Assembly (NCBI GenBank): GCA_965645245.1 | Contig: OZ287070.1 | Location: forward strand, 1,178,001-1,242,000 | From: Massalongia carnosa | Lineage: Eukaryota | Direction of reading: 5' to 3' | Length of the DNA: 64,000 nucleotides | Part shown: in pieces, positions 15,274-27,650 of the stretch | Numbering within the stretch: the first letter of the stretch is position 1 | Layout of the letters: each line of letters opens with the position of its first letter | The notes under the pieces: generated by a model | The model's database searches: none | What the model saw: the letters and a program-made list of their open reading frames with translations, nothing else | What the model was told of the DNA's origin: nothing | Made by a program: the position numbers and the translations under genes

Positions 15274-18200
15274 ATGGCGTCCTCAATGCATATGGCGACA
15301 ACAACCTTAAGGGTGGATGGGATGACATGCGGGGCTTGTACATCCTCAGTGGAAAACGGTTTCAAGGGCCTTGATGGCGCAGGAAATGTGTCTGTCAGCC
15401 TCATTATGGGACGTGCTGTGGTACAGCATGATCCGCAAAAGTTGCCACCAGAGTCGGTTAAGGATATCATTGAAGAAAGGGGTTTCGACGTGGAAATACT
15501 TTCAACAGATATTCCCATATTTACGGGATTGGAAAGAATTGAGGAAACGACAGCTGATCTGGACAATACAAAAAGACCTGAAGAACCAGGCTTTTTCATA
15601 AGCACGCTGGCTGTCGAAGGTATGACATGCGGAGCTTGTACCTCTGCAGTGGAGAGTGGCTTCAAGGATGTTGCTGGAGTGAAGACAATGAGTATATCGC
15701 TTTTGTCTGAGCGAGCAGTTGTGGAACATGACCCTTCGATACTCTCCTCAGAAGCGATTGCTGAGATCATCGAAGACAGAGGATTTAGCGCTACAGTTCT
15801 GAACTCGCAGCCTTCATCAACAAGCCGTACGCAAACCAGCAGCGGTCAAAAGCTGAAAGATATACAAGGAAATTTTGTGACCACGACTGTGGCGGTCGGG
15901 GGTATGACTTGCGGTGCTTGTACCTCGGCCGTTGAAGAGGGCTTCAAGGATATTGCAGGATTGAGGCAATTCAATATTAGCCTGCTGGCTGAACGGGCAG
16001 TAGTCATACATGATCCAAAAGTACTTTCATCTGACCAGATCCTCGAAATTATCGAGGACCGAGGGTTTGACGCAAAGATTTTATCCTCGCAGCGGATGGC
16101 TGCTGAGCATTCATTGACATCCCGAAATGTGCGGCTGAAACTCTTTGGTCTTCCCAGCTCTTCGTCTGCAACGGCGCTGGAAGATGTTTTGCGTTTACTT
16201 CCTGGAGTCAGCTCTGCTGTTGTTAACCTCTCGACCTCTCAGGCTAATATTACACACAATCCTGCTTTGACAGGGCTTCGATCATTGGTGGAAGCTACTG
16301 AAAACCTGGGTTACAACGCTTTAGTTGCCGACAACGATGAGAATAACGCGCAGTTAGAGTCGTTGGCTAAGACCCGCGAAATTCAAGAGTGGCGGCGAGC
16401 CTTTTGGTACTCCTTGTCGTTCGCGATCCCGGTTTTCCTGATTAATATGATAATACCAATGTTTCTACCTCCGCTGGATTACGGATCTTGTCTTTTGTGG
16501 ATCCCTGGTCTCTATCTGGGCGATGTTATTTCTCTTGCGCTTACCGTTCCTGTGCAATTTGGTATTGGGAAGCGCTTCTATATCTCTGCGTTCAAATCTC
16601 TCAAGCACGGGTCGCCCACCATGGACGTATTAGTCGTTTTGGGCACTTCTGCCGCCTTCTTCTTCAGTGTCGCAGCAATGGGCGTGTCTATACTTATTTA
16701 TCCTCACACTCGTCCCAGTACCGTGTTTGAAACAAGCACGATGCTGATTACATTCATCACTCTTGGTCGATATCTTGAAAACCGCGCCAAAGGCCAGACA
16801 TCAAAAGCTTTGTCGAAACTGATGTCTTTGGCCCCGTCGATGGCTACTATATACGCCGACCCCATCGCCGCTGAGAAATCAGCAGAGAGCTGGGATGTCC
16901 CTTCGTCGGTATCTACAGAGAAAAATGGCCATTCCGGTAAAGATCAAGTCAGTTACACGGCAGAAGAGAAAACCATACCTACAGAGCTCATCGAAGTCGG
17001 CGATATTGTGATACTGAGGCCTGGTGATAAAATTCCTGCCGACGGCAGAGTTACCCGAGGGCAGAGCTTCATTGATGAAAGCATGGTCACCGGTGAAGCA
17101 ATGCCCATTATGAAAGGGATCAACAGTCATCTTATGGCAGGTACAGTTAACGGGGCTGGTCGTCTGGATTTCCGTGTCACTAGAGCAGGTCGAGATACTC
17201 AATTGAGCCAGATAGTAAAACTTGTCCAAGACGCACAAACCAGCCGAGCGCCTATTCAGCGGATGGCTGACCTTGTAGCTGGCTACTTTGTGCCTATCAT
17301 CATCGCTCTTGGATTATCAACGTTTGTTGCTTGGATGGTGCTAAGCCATGTCCTCCCCAACCCACCGGCTGTCTTTCTGAAACCCGAAAGCGGTGGGAAA
17401 TTCATGGTCTGTCTTAAATTATGCATCTCTGTCATAGTATTTGCGTGCCCCTGTGCTCTCGGACTCAGTACCCCTACTGCGGTTATGGTAGGCACAGGCG
17501 TTGGGGCTGAACATGGCATTCTGGTTAAAGGTGGTGCTGCTTTGGAGACAGCTACGAAGATCAATCACGTAGTATTTGACAAAACTGGGACATTGACGAT
17601 GGGAAAGATGAGCGTTGCGGAAACTAGACTTGAACAACTCTGGCAAGCAAATGAATGGCGGCGCCGGCTTTGGTGGACCCTAGTTGGTCTAGCGGAGATG
17701 GGCAGCGAACATCCAACCGGCAAAGCTATACTCAACGCTGCAAAGGTCGAACTGAACATCGGCAGCGAAGGGATGATAGATGGCAGTGTCGGCGAGTTTG
17801 AAGCTACAGTTGGCAAGGGCATCTCAGCTTATGTGGAGCCTGCCACTTCAGCAGAACGAAAACGTTACCGGGTCCTTGTTGGCAACGCGGCATACCTACT
17901 TTCCAGAGGCATCAATCTACCAGCAGATTTTGACGCTAGCTCTTCTACGTCCCCTTCGCACCCGAAAAGCCGAGAAACGCCACCCTCTGGCACAACCCAA
18001 ATTTACACCGCCATTGATGGCAGCTACGCCGGAGCCATCTCGCTTTCCGATATCATCAAACCCAGCGCAAGGGCCACTATCATCGCCCTACAACGCATGA
18101 ACATTACGTCGGCGCTTGTCACTGGGGACCAGCTGTCCACCGCCCTTGCTGTTGCCTCACTTGTGGGTATTCCCAAATCCAAGGTTCATGCAGGCGTTTC

Positions 18201-18804
18201 GCCAGATCAAAAGCAGACTATCATCAAGGAGATCCAGGCAGGCGGGTTAATTGTTGCCATGGTAGGGGATGGCATCAATGACTCCCCTGCTCTCGCTACC
18301 GCTGATATCGGCATTGCTCTCAGCTCAGGCACCGACGTTGCTATGGAGGCGGCTGATATTGTACTGATGCGGCCTGAAGACCTTTTGAGCGTTGCCGCAT
18401 CCTTGAGCCTTTCGCGAACGATTTTTGACCGCATCAAGTTGAATCTTGGATGGGCTTGTCTGTATAACTTTATCGGTTTGCCTTTCGCTATGGGCTTTGG
18501 CTTGATGTTACCTGTCAGCATTATGCTTCCCCCCATGGCCGCCGGAGCAGCAATGGCGGCTAGCAGCGTCAGCGTTGTAGGAAGTAGCTTGTTGCTGAAG
18601 TTCTGGAAAAGACCAACATGGATGACTGTAGAGCGGTTAGAAGAGGAAGGGGAAAAGGTGCAGGCGATGCAAGGTATGAGAACTTCTACTAATGGCTGGG
18701 AAAGGACGTGGCCAAGGTTGGGCGGTGTTAGGGACTTAGTAGGAGCTTTCATTGGAAAGCGACGAAAACTCAGGGATGGGTACTTACCTTTGAATGCGGT
18801 TTGA
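15274..18804 (+). CDS. CCC2: Copper-transporting P1B-type ATPase (Ccc2/ATP7-like), intronless
   Basis: Three GMTCGAC HMA motifs plus one degenerate HMA, TGE, CPCALGL, DKTGT, SEHP, MVGDGINDSPALA, YN and MAASS motifs. Confidence 0.96.
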   Translation: MASSMHMATTTLRVDGMTCGACTSSVENGFKGLDGAGNVSVSLIMGRAVVQHDPQKLPPESVKDIIEERGFDVEILSTDIPIFTGLERIEETTADLDNTKRPEEPGFFISTLAVEGMTCGACTSAVESGFKDVAGVKTMSISLLSERAVVEHDPSILSSEAIAEIIEDRGFSATVLNSQPSSTSRTQTSSGQKLKDIQGNFVTTTVAVGGMTCGACTSAVEEGFKDIAGLRQFNISLLAERAVVIHDPKVLSSDQILEIIEDRGFDAKILSSQRMAAEHSLTSRNVRLKLFGLPSSSSATALEDVLRLLPGVSSAVVNLSTSQANITHNPALTGLRSLVEATENLGYNALVADNDENNAQLESLAKTREIQEWRRAFWYSLSFAIPVFLINMIIPMFLPPLDYGSCLLWIPGLYLGDVISLALTVPVQFGIGKRFYISAFKSLKHGSPTMDVLVVLGTSAAFFFSVAAMGVSILIYPHTRPSTVFETSTMLITFITLGRYLENRAKGQTSKALSKLMSLAPSMATIYADPIAAEKSAESWDVPSSVSTEKNGHSGKDQVSYTAEEKTIPTELIEVGDIVILRPGDKIPADGRVTRGQSFIDESMVTGEAMPIMKGINSHLMAGTVNGAGRLDFRVTRAGRDTQLSQIVKLVQDAQTSRAPIQRMADLVAGYFVPIIIALGLSTFVAWMVLSHVLPNPPAVFLKPESGGKFMVCLKLCISVIVFACPCALGLSTPTAVMVGTGVGAEHGILVKGGAALETATKINHVVFDKTGTLTMGKMSVAETRLEQLWQANEWRRRLWWTLVGLAEMGSEHPTGKAILNAAKVELNIGSEGMIDGSVGEFEATVGKGISAYVEPATSAERKRYRVLVGNAAYLLSRGINLPADFDASSSTSPSHPKSRETPPSGTTQIYTAIDGSYAGAISLSDIIKPSARATIIALQRMNITSALVTGDQLSTALAVASLVGIPKSKVHAGVSPDQKQTIIKEIQAGGLIVAMVGDGINDSPALATADIGIALSSGTDVAMEAADIVLMRPEDLLSVAASLSLSRTIFDRIKLNLGWACLYNFIGLPFAMGFGLMLPVSIMLPPMAAGAAMAASSVSVVGSSLLLKFWKRPTWMTVERLEEEGEKVQAMQGMRTSTNGWERTWPRLGGVRDLVGAFIGKRRKLRDGYLPLNAV

Positions 18805-19270
18805 AATTTAATGGCTTAGCACATGTCACGATGCTATGCTGCATTGAGCGTGGGCGTTGATTGAGTTTTTGGATACTCCGTACAAAGTGGCTATATAAAA
18901 TGCTTTTTTGCTCGCATTTGTGTAAACCATTAATGTTCATCGTGAGCTCATCTGCTATACGGTTCCTCGTCATATTAAAACCCGAGAAACCTTTTTAGTT
19001 ACCGTGCCACAGCGCCACGGTGGGACAACGGCGTCAATGTGGTGAGCCGCCTTTATATGTGTAGCTATTTGCTAACTCTATCGAATTCTTCTCATGCAAA
19101 GAACAACGTTAGGAATTCTCTGTACAAGGTCTGAAACTATGTAGAAATTCCTACTCAACCTGTTGAATCAAGCTATCCTGATGATCGCTAGATGATCATG
19201 GTCACTTCTGCTGCTATCTATTCTATTGCCCAAGAATAGGTTCCTACATTTCCATTGTCTTTCCATTGAA

Positions 19271-21165
19271 ATGGGCCCGATGTCTACCGCAGCTGGAAAG
19301 AGAGGGCCCGCAGTCTTGGTTAGTTCCCTCTGTTGTATTACACACCTCCTAGATCGGTTCTCTTTGGTTGATTTCTTGCATCATATCTGATATACTGTGC
19401 TATAGGTCACTGATGCCCGTGACCGTCGTTCCCACCAAGAACGACCTTCTCCGCTTCTTCGCCAGAGCACTCGGCTCATAACCGTGGATAGCGTTCTACA
19501 ATATGCCTCTGAGATTCCTTCAATGCAGCAGCGTTATCCGGGTATACGCCCTCGCGCTGCTCGTACAGGCTCTGGTAGACCTGCAGATCCAAAGCTCTCA
19601 GGTCGAATGGTGCCGCCTCACATGCCTGCGCGGAGTACAAAGGTGAGCGAGAAGCTGGTGCTACTGCCTGAAACTGCGGGCGAGTCAGATATTGAGGAAA
19701 AGGAAGACTATGACGAAGACAATGACGCTGCACCGACTCAAGATAACGAAGAAATTCTGCGCCGAACGGGGGGTAGGAAAGGAAAGAGCTACGCGGAACG
19801 GCTGCCCAAGTCGAGACGGGCGGAAAAGTTAGCAAGAGTGACTGCATATTGTACTGCGCAAGCCTATAAGTTGAAGGCGACGGCTGCTTTTCTCAAAGAT
19901 CAGCATGGCGCTAAAACCAAACTGTACGACGATTGCCTCTACGTAGTGTATCATTTACCACTTCTACCGGGGATTAAGGGCTACAGAATTAGGAGCAGTC
20001 CGGTGCTAAAGAGCCCTGGTGGGAAAGCATTATTAGACGAAGAGATCGAAAGGAGCGAATTGAGAGACTATGGAGAAGGGTTTTTTGATGAAGACGGTGG
20101 TGAGTAATTCGGTGTACGAGGCAACGACCCTTCAGAGGAAAGCCCTAAAACGGAAGTATTAGGTTTTCAAGGGTCCAATCTAAGGCAGCCCGAAGACGAA
20201 TTCAACACTGAACCAAGGCGGCCGACAAGTCCCACCAGAGTAGCTCCAGACGCTTTAACCTTTGCAGAAATGTATGTTTTCTCGTACGGAGTTGTGGTCT
20301 TCTGGAATTTCACGGAACGTCAAGAAAAGGACATTCTCGCCGATCTCACCTTCTCTGAACATGAGACAGGTATCGCGTTAGTGACTCGTGCACTAAGAGA
20401 GGAAGATTTTGAGACTGAGGAGTTCCATTTTGAATACTCACCCGATACCCCTCGACCGAGAGTATTCAATGACATGATAACTTTGAGAAGTGGAGATCAT
20501 ATGATCAAGCTCACCATGTCACACGCCATCGCACAGAGTACCAAGCTCAGTTTCTTCGAGCAAAGGATGGCTGATCAGATGGCTGAAGCCCAGCATGTAC
20601 CTCGGCGGCTAGCTTTGACTGGTAAGCTAGGCATGAAGCGCGAAGAAGTATTCAAGATTATTGGAGCATTGTTCAAGAGCCGTGTTGATGTGAATTTATG
20701 TAAGCCTTGAACTCCATATCCAGGTTGTCATCTTGGCCATTGATGATCTCTCCGTTAGCCTCGAATATGCTTGACGTCCCTACCTTTTTCTGGGAGAGCG
20801 AACCGACTCTTCATCCTCTCTACTACGCTGTCCGAGAATATCTTGAGATTAAACCCCGAATCCAAGTCCTCAACGAGCGCTGTAGGGTTTTTCTTGATCT
20901 GGCGGAAATTCTTTCGGATTCCATTGCCGATAACAAAATGTCTCGTGAGTTGATTATTATCACTGTTTCACTCTCAATTTCGTAAGTTTCGGGACTAATG
21001 TGATGAGTTCCAGGGCTCACCTGGATCATCATCGTCCTCATCCTTCTTTCTATCCTCGTCACTTGCACTGAAGTTTTCCTTCGCTTCGGCATCTTATCCA
21101 CCCGTGGATCAGTGCAGAAGGGATTGCCAATTTGCATTATGCCTACGCATGATGGCCTCCTCTAA
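19271..21165 (+). CDS. Rmd1/Rmd8 (DUF155) family protein with C-terminal TM helix
   Basis: RVTAYCTA, FSYGVVVFWNF, PRVFNDMITL, SHAIAQSTKL, YLEIKPRIQVLNERC, LTWIIIVLI. Introns 19319-19405, probable 20100-20162, ~20700-20758, ~20946-21013. Confidence 0.88.
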
Positions 21166-23038
21166 CCAGCATTTTGTTTCCTGAGTCCTCAGCTGGCGTC
21201 CGCCACCCTATAGTGAGAGATACTACCCTGATTTTAGTCAGTATCTTTTAGCGTGGCGCTTCGGAGAAGACTTTCTGCATCAATTTCAATTCCACATGCG
21301 ATCATGATTATGTTCTCTGTATATATTTTGTTTTGGCTGATCCATATTTCTTGCCAGATTTGTAAATTATCGGCTGTTTCGATAATATCAACCGTACTCT
21401 TATGCATCTATATGTAACACTATGAATGGTTTGTAACCCAATCTTTCATGGCCTTCGTTAATCGATTCCTCTGGGTTCCTCACTCAAACTCTGGTGTAAA
21501 TCTGCTCGTTCTTTCCTACAGCTCTATCCCTCCTTTGCAATACTATAAGTCGCTGTCTTTAATCTCATTACGAAGGTTTTGGACACTCGATCCCACTCAA
21601 ACTTCATAGCAAGTTTAAAGCCACAAACAGCCTTCGAACCAAGCAATCTCAAAAATCAATAATCTCAAAACTCCTTGCTCGATTAACATGGCGTTTTCCA
21701 CAATTCTATTGCTTTCAATAGAAGCAACGTATAAATCTGCGACCGGGTTAACGACCTTGCAGGATATTTGCGAATAATCTTTGACGGTTGATGGGCAGAC
21801 AAAGCTGGATGTGTATATAGAGTTCTACAATAACATTGATTCCCTAGCTATCTTAAGTCCTGGGGTATTCAAGAAAATGGCCTGACCGTGGAGACGAAGC
21901 GGTATGGATTTTACGCCTCATGACCGTGGCGTAGCCCCTTTAGGCTTTCATACAACCGAGATATTCTCTCCGTATGAAACATACGCTAAGTTGGCTCTTC
22001 TAAATTACATATGAATACAATCCAAATACTATAACTAGGGACGAGAGATGCTGGGGCGGTAGGTACGGTCGACGATTTATCTTGGCAGTTGCTGAAAGCG
22101 TTGCTAGTTTATAGTAAGTTTTAACTTAATTTGTTCTAGGAATACGCCGTTACGTTTGCCTAGATTAGACTCAAAGAAAACATTCTGGGCGCGGATGAGG
22201 CGCCTGCCACTTTGCTCCACTGGAATTCGACAACGTGTCGTCTCCATCTAAAGAGGCTTCACTATACTTAATGTAGGAACATGCCCGCCATTAGCTGACT
22301 TCAACAGCATCAGATTACGCAGTTTACCTTTTTTTGCAATGCAAAACATAGGTATAAAGATATTCGAGACAGCTATCAAAATAATCTCGTTTCCGACGCT
22401 TGAACTCTCACCGCTCACTCTGGCAGCATCTCTTATTAAGATTCTCGAGAGTTGTTTCATTGTTATTTTTCACCTCGATAATTGTAACTTATATTTACCG
22501 GTTTCTTCGCCGGGGATGGAGGGAGGAGAAGAGGGGGGAAGGGGGAGAAGAGGATAACTAGTTTAGGGGATGTGGAAGTTGGGATCCGAATGAGTTGCCG
22601 GGAACTTGAGATAAGGGCGTATGGATATATAGATAACAAAGAGGGGGGTAGATACATAGGTGTGGTTAGTAGGTACATACTTCGCGGACGGAATTGTTGG
22701 GGAAATGATGGGGGGTTTTGTATTTAAGGGTTAGAGATGGCAGCAACCAAAGAGTCAGAGGCCTAAGATACTTCTTGCATGAATGGGAAACCGGTAAAGG
22801 TAGTTTCTTCCGAGTGACCTTTACAATTAGTAGCGAGAGTAGGTGAATTTCCTTTCCGAACAGAATGTTTATCGTCAACTCACCCTCTTCCAGGAAGGCT
22901 TCTCACAAGATCAATGCAGAAATCATGTCCCTAAACGGAAACCGAAATCCTCACTCCCACCCGATCATCCCACCAACCCCCCGTATCATCCACAGACCCC
23001 TCTGCCTCCCCCATCCCCAACCCGACCCCGCCAGCCGG

Positions 23039-23831
23039 CTAGTCCCCACCATCCCGAAACATGTCAAAAGGACGAAAAGACCCGTCCTCAGGTTGCGGAG
23101 GCATTTCTATCTCGGGTTCCCGAAACGTCTGCTCGAGTTCCTGAACGCCAGTGTCGGCCGGCTGATATGTCTCCCAGGGGGGCGAGTAACCGTCTCCCGG
23201 TGGTTGACTCTCGTCCCCGGCATCTGCTCCGGAGAAAGATACGAGCCTGTTCGAGGCCCCCTGGTGGCGGTTGATGCACGGGTTCAAGGTGGGACGTCTT
23301 TCGTGCTTATTCTCGCATCTGCACTGTGTATACCTTGTCAACCAAACGACTGGGCCGTCGTACTATATATGTACGGATTGGCGACGAAGCCATACCGTAT
23401 CAATCTATGCCCAGGCACGGTCAGCATGATAAGCTTTAGCCAGGTCGAGAAAGAAAGAAAAGAACCCAGCTGGTCCCTCCACTTACGCAATACCCGCACG
23501 ACCTCGGGCGTCTTCGATGCCAGCAGTCGGAGAGGCTGGTGTAATCCTGGACGTTTGCCGCGAAACGCCGTTAGCGAGGCGTGCCAAACTGTGGGAATGT
23601 GGATCCTGATGCTACTGACGCAACCTGGGACCCCTGAAGACTGGCCGTGCCGAGGAGAGGCGATTAGCGTTGTAAGGGCCTCGTGGTAACACGGCTTTGT
23701 CTTTGCCTTGGAGGAGGAAGAAGGTCGTTGAATATACATACACACCAGCCAGCTACGGCCGAAGGCGCTTTTTGTGGATGCGCGTAAGCCACGTTCAGCC
23801 ATGCAGCAGATAAGAACAACAGAATACGCAT
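23039..23831 (-). CDS. Small secreted cysteine-rich protein, 154 aa, 5 exons including micro-exons
   Basis: Exons 23742-23831, 23620-23640, 23487-23546, 23396-23404, 23039-23323. All four introns GT-AG with branch sites, phase 0. Signal-peptide-like N-terminus MRILLFLSAAWLNVAYA; 8 Cys. Confidence 0.75.
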
Positions 23832-24416
23832 TGCGGGCAAAGAGGCTTAGAACAGCCACGGAGAAAGGATATTTTTGCTATCATCCACCTTTGAGAAAAG
23901 GATGTGAAGAATATATGACTCGGTATGACTAACGGCGTAAACTTGCAACAAAATAAGAGAACAGCGATAGCGATACGCATATGATAAACGTAATGCCTGC
24001 ACATGACATGCCGTGGGGTTCAGGAAATCTCCGAAGCATCGACATGGCTCGAGTTGAGATAGCGAAAAGGGGGCGTGCACAATGAAAGAAAATGCGAGTC
24101 ACGGGATCGCTGTGCTTTTAGGGCTTAACCCCGCAGGTCAATTACCGTACCCGCGGGCTCTTAACCGCCTTCAGCAACAACATCAATCCTCCGTAGTTAA
24201 AGCATTCTTCGTGATTGCATCTTTCGATTTGCATGTAAAGAGGAGTAAATTGCTATTTTTCGCAGATAGGGAGGATGTAGTGGGAATATGGCTCGATGCA
24301 GGCAGGATCCCGGCAGTCTTGTCTACCACCCTGGCTATGAGTACAATTGATCGTACATGGCATTATACGACATCGTCCTGCATCCTCACCGATCAAGCCA
24401 TATTATCATAAAGAGA

Positions 24417-27004
24417 CTAGCTGTCCAACCCCAATCCGTAAGCCTCAATCAACCCCAAGTCAAAGTCTATTCCTAGCACGACGTTTGCAATCTCGTCAAT
24501 CTCCCCCAACACCTGGTCGCGATCCATCATATCACCCCCTTCCTCAAAGCCTCCGCTCTGCAGTTGGGTGTGTGCCCATTGAACTGCTTGATCCATCGCG
24601 TGCCACTGCTCGAGATTGAATGGGTCGGGGGGGTGCGGAGCCCGCTGATCATGATAAGGGGGGGCTGGTGAGTGCTGGTCATCTTGGGCATCTGGCTGAT
24701 GTTGACGTGGCGGTATGTTCCCCATTAAAGGAACGCAAGCGGCTGCGTAAGAGGAAGATTCATCTTCAGGTTGGGAGAAGGAGAGCTGGCTGTGCATCTC
24801 TAGTAAGCCTTGCACTGCAGCGTCGGTATGGGCGTCGGTTTCAGTCAGCGTGGGATTAGGGTTATGAGTGAACTGGTACGGGGCCGAGGAAGTGGAGGGA
24901 AGCGTGTATTCCGTGTGCTGCGGTTCATAGTCTGCATCTTGTAGGGGATAGTATGAGTCTTTAGAGAGATATTCCTGGTGTTGTACGTCTACCACTGAAC
25001 CATGCAGATGGACGGTAGAGGCTTGAGCAGGAATAGGAAACTCTCCCGAAAGATATTCATAGTCTTGCAAGGAATACATCGGGTCATGAGAAGGATAATT
25101 CAAAACCTGCGTGTCATATGAAGGATCTTGCGAATGGGAAGCGTAGTCTCGGGGGCTATATATAGAATTGTGCGCCAGCTCGAGCGGCAAGATGGAGTTT
25201 GAGGTAGATGATGGGAACGAAGTTGATGTGGAGGATGGAAATGAACGGTAATCGGCCTCGTGGGGGGGAAGTGGTGAGCTAAACCGCGAATTTTGGCCCG
25301 CATACAGTATCTCTGGATTCTCCACGTACAAATTGGGCTGATGATTAAGATGCTCTGCGTACTGTGGGGTTGGGTGCAATAAGTCTCGGTGGAGTGCTGT
25401 GTCGATCGCTAAGGAAGGCTCTAGGTATTGGGAACTCGATGACGGATTGAAATAAGGCTCGGTCAAGGGAGCAGGTGGAATCAACTTTCTCCAAGTAGTG
25501 GTAGCAGCCTCATTATTTCGAGTTTGACGGAAATTCCAAAGAAGAATTGCCATCCGCCGAGGGGAGGAATGGCCAGCTCGAGGTTTTGCCCGTAGCTCCT
25601 GCACAACCGATATATCCTGGATGTGGCACGGCAATCTCTCTGCCTCGTGCTGTATGCCTAGGAAAGCTCCTTTGTGCTCTTTCTGTAGGTTTTCTTTGGT
25701 GAGAGCAACGAAAAGATCAACCCACCATTTGCTATGCAAAAGTACTAAGATCCTTGCATCCCCGGTCCCAGAAAGAAACTCAGACTCCGTTTGGGTGGAG
25801 AGACTTTCCGTCAAGATGTTATTCTCGTAGAATTTGGTATGGCACTCCCAGTCGGTATACTCTGTTCCTCGGACGATGTCAATGGTGAAGTCAATTCCCA
25901 GTTGCGATTTAAGAGGCGGATGATTTTCCATTAAATCCAAACTCGTCTCAAACAAAACAAGTTCACCATCAAGCTCGCCTCGATCGTAATAAGGAACAAG
26001 CTGGGGATATGTCATTCGCCAGCCATTCGCTTCTTCTAAAGCCTTGGAAGCAGTTCCTATTTCGCTCTGCAACGAGCTATAAATATGAAGTTTTTCAAGT
26101 AGCTCCGGTTCAAGGAGATACATCTCAAACTTGATTCGACGGATTGAATGTGGCTGGGGGGGTACACTAGAGTCTAATATGCGACGAGGTAATTGGTTTA
26201 GGAAAGTGGGATGTACATCAGGTACTTGTCTGTCTAAGACCCTGCTGCCACTCTCAGCTGCACGATCGTTTGTACCGGTTTTTGTTACAAGAGCCATCCC
26301 TGAAAGGTTAGCCATAGCTCTATAACTGTGTCGTCGAGGGTACGAGAGCATACAAGCATGATTATCTTTCTGAAAGTTTTTAAGAACTTGTATGTGACTT
26401 GAGACTTGTTTCCGGCATCGCGTAATGCCTGTATGCCATTTGATAAAATGCTCGATGTGTTCATTCCTCCCACATGGCCTGGTTCCGACTCTTCCACATT
26501 GATGGGGAACACAAAGAGTCTTCCTTCTGCCAAGATTTGGTATTTTCCGCAACGCTAAATGAAGATCAATGCGAGCGGTCAAGGTTATGAGTTTTCTCTA
26601 TAAATACCTAATTGAAAGGCCTGCTCTAATTCATCGGTCCATTTTTGCTCTTCGCCGGATTTCTTATTTTTTAAGCGTTGCTTTTCTAGGTAAGCAAGGT
26701 ATCTATCTGAATGAAGCTCGGCTTGGGTAAAAATAGGATCGGGAGATCTGTGACGTCGCTTCCTTCGGTCCTGAATTCGTGAAGTAGTGCCATATCCATA
26801 TCTCTGAGGATGTGGTGTAGGAAGTGAAGTCGGGTTTAAAACACGGGAGGTTGATTTGCTGACTGCAGGAGCGAATTCATGGCTGCTCAGCCCAAAGTTC
26901 CCAGATCCCACTTTAAGAGCCCCTCTCGAGCCTTCCGGACTTTGTCCTGGAGCTGGAGCATTGGAAGGTAGCACGCACAGACTACGTCGAGGCTCCATGA
27001 CCAT
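24417..27004 (-). CDS. TEA/ATTS-domain transcription factor (AbaA/Tec1-like; 3 exons)
   Basis: KWTDELEQAFQL-ALRKIPNLGRRK...GRNE..I...TG.TR.RKQVSSHIQVLK is a TEA domain. Introns 26555-26607 and 26300-26353. Confidence 0.88.
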
Positions 27005-27650
27005 TGAGCGGAATTCTTGAAAGGAGTGGCGTCTGCTAAGAAATGCAAGCAAAGCTAAGAAATTTCCAAAGGAATGAGGATACACAGAGCATTAAATACC
27101 ATACTTTGGTAGAAAAGAGCGTTGGAAAAGATATCACCCAAAAGAGCCATCTATCTACAATCCAAAGCCTTGAGATTATTCTGAGCAATCAGACATGATG
27201 AAGCGTCCAGTTTCTCGAGGTCTCTACTCCTAGCCACTAAACCGGAAACAGCTTCTGTCTAGTCCAAGGGCCTCTCCATGGTAGCAGCCTTGCTGCGACT
27301 CTAATTGCGGAATTCTCAGAGATATCAACATCCAATCTTATCCCTTGCTTGGCTATTTCGCAATATAGAAGGAATGATGCTCACTGCCCAGCGAGTATTA
27401 CCAAAGGCTGTCAGTGGAGTTGGATGCGAAATCGTTTCCGATGATTTAGACTTATTTCACAGCAGCGAATGATCATGTGCAGCTATGCCACACTCTGGGC
27501 GTCTAAATTATGTCAGATGAGAGCTTGAGCAATTATGTGTAGGTAGTCATAAATAAATGCTGAACCTGGCTCCGGATGAGGAATGCAAGGGGTTTCATGA
27601 TCGATCCCCTTGGAACGAACCCCCTCAATAGATGAACGCTCAAATCTTGT

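Noticed and set aside
16126..16330. Fourth HMA-like domain of Ccc2 lacks CxxC
   Set aside because: A degenerate membrane-proximal HMA is common in fungal Ccc2 proteins.
21688..22250. Coding-like fragments with splice-like signals
   Set aside because: No consistent frame or recognisable product could be assembled.
22865..23859. 274-aa (+) and 173-aa (-) ORFs in the track
   Set aside because: Antisense or intron read-through of the five-exon secreted-protein gene.
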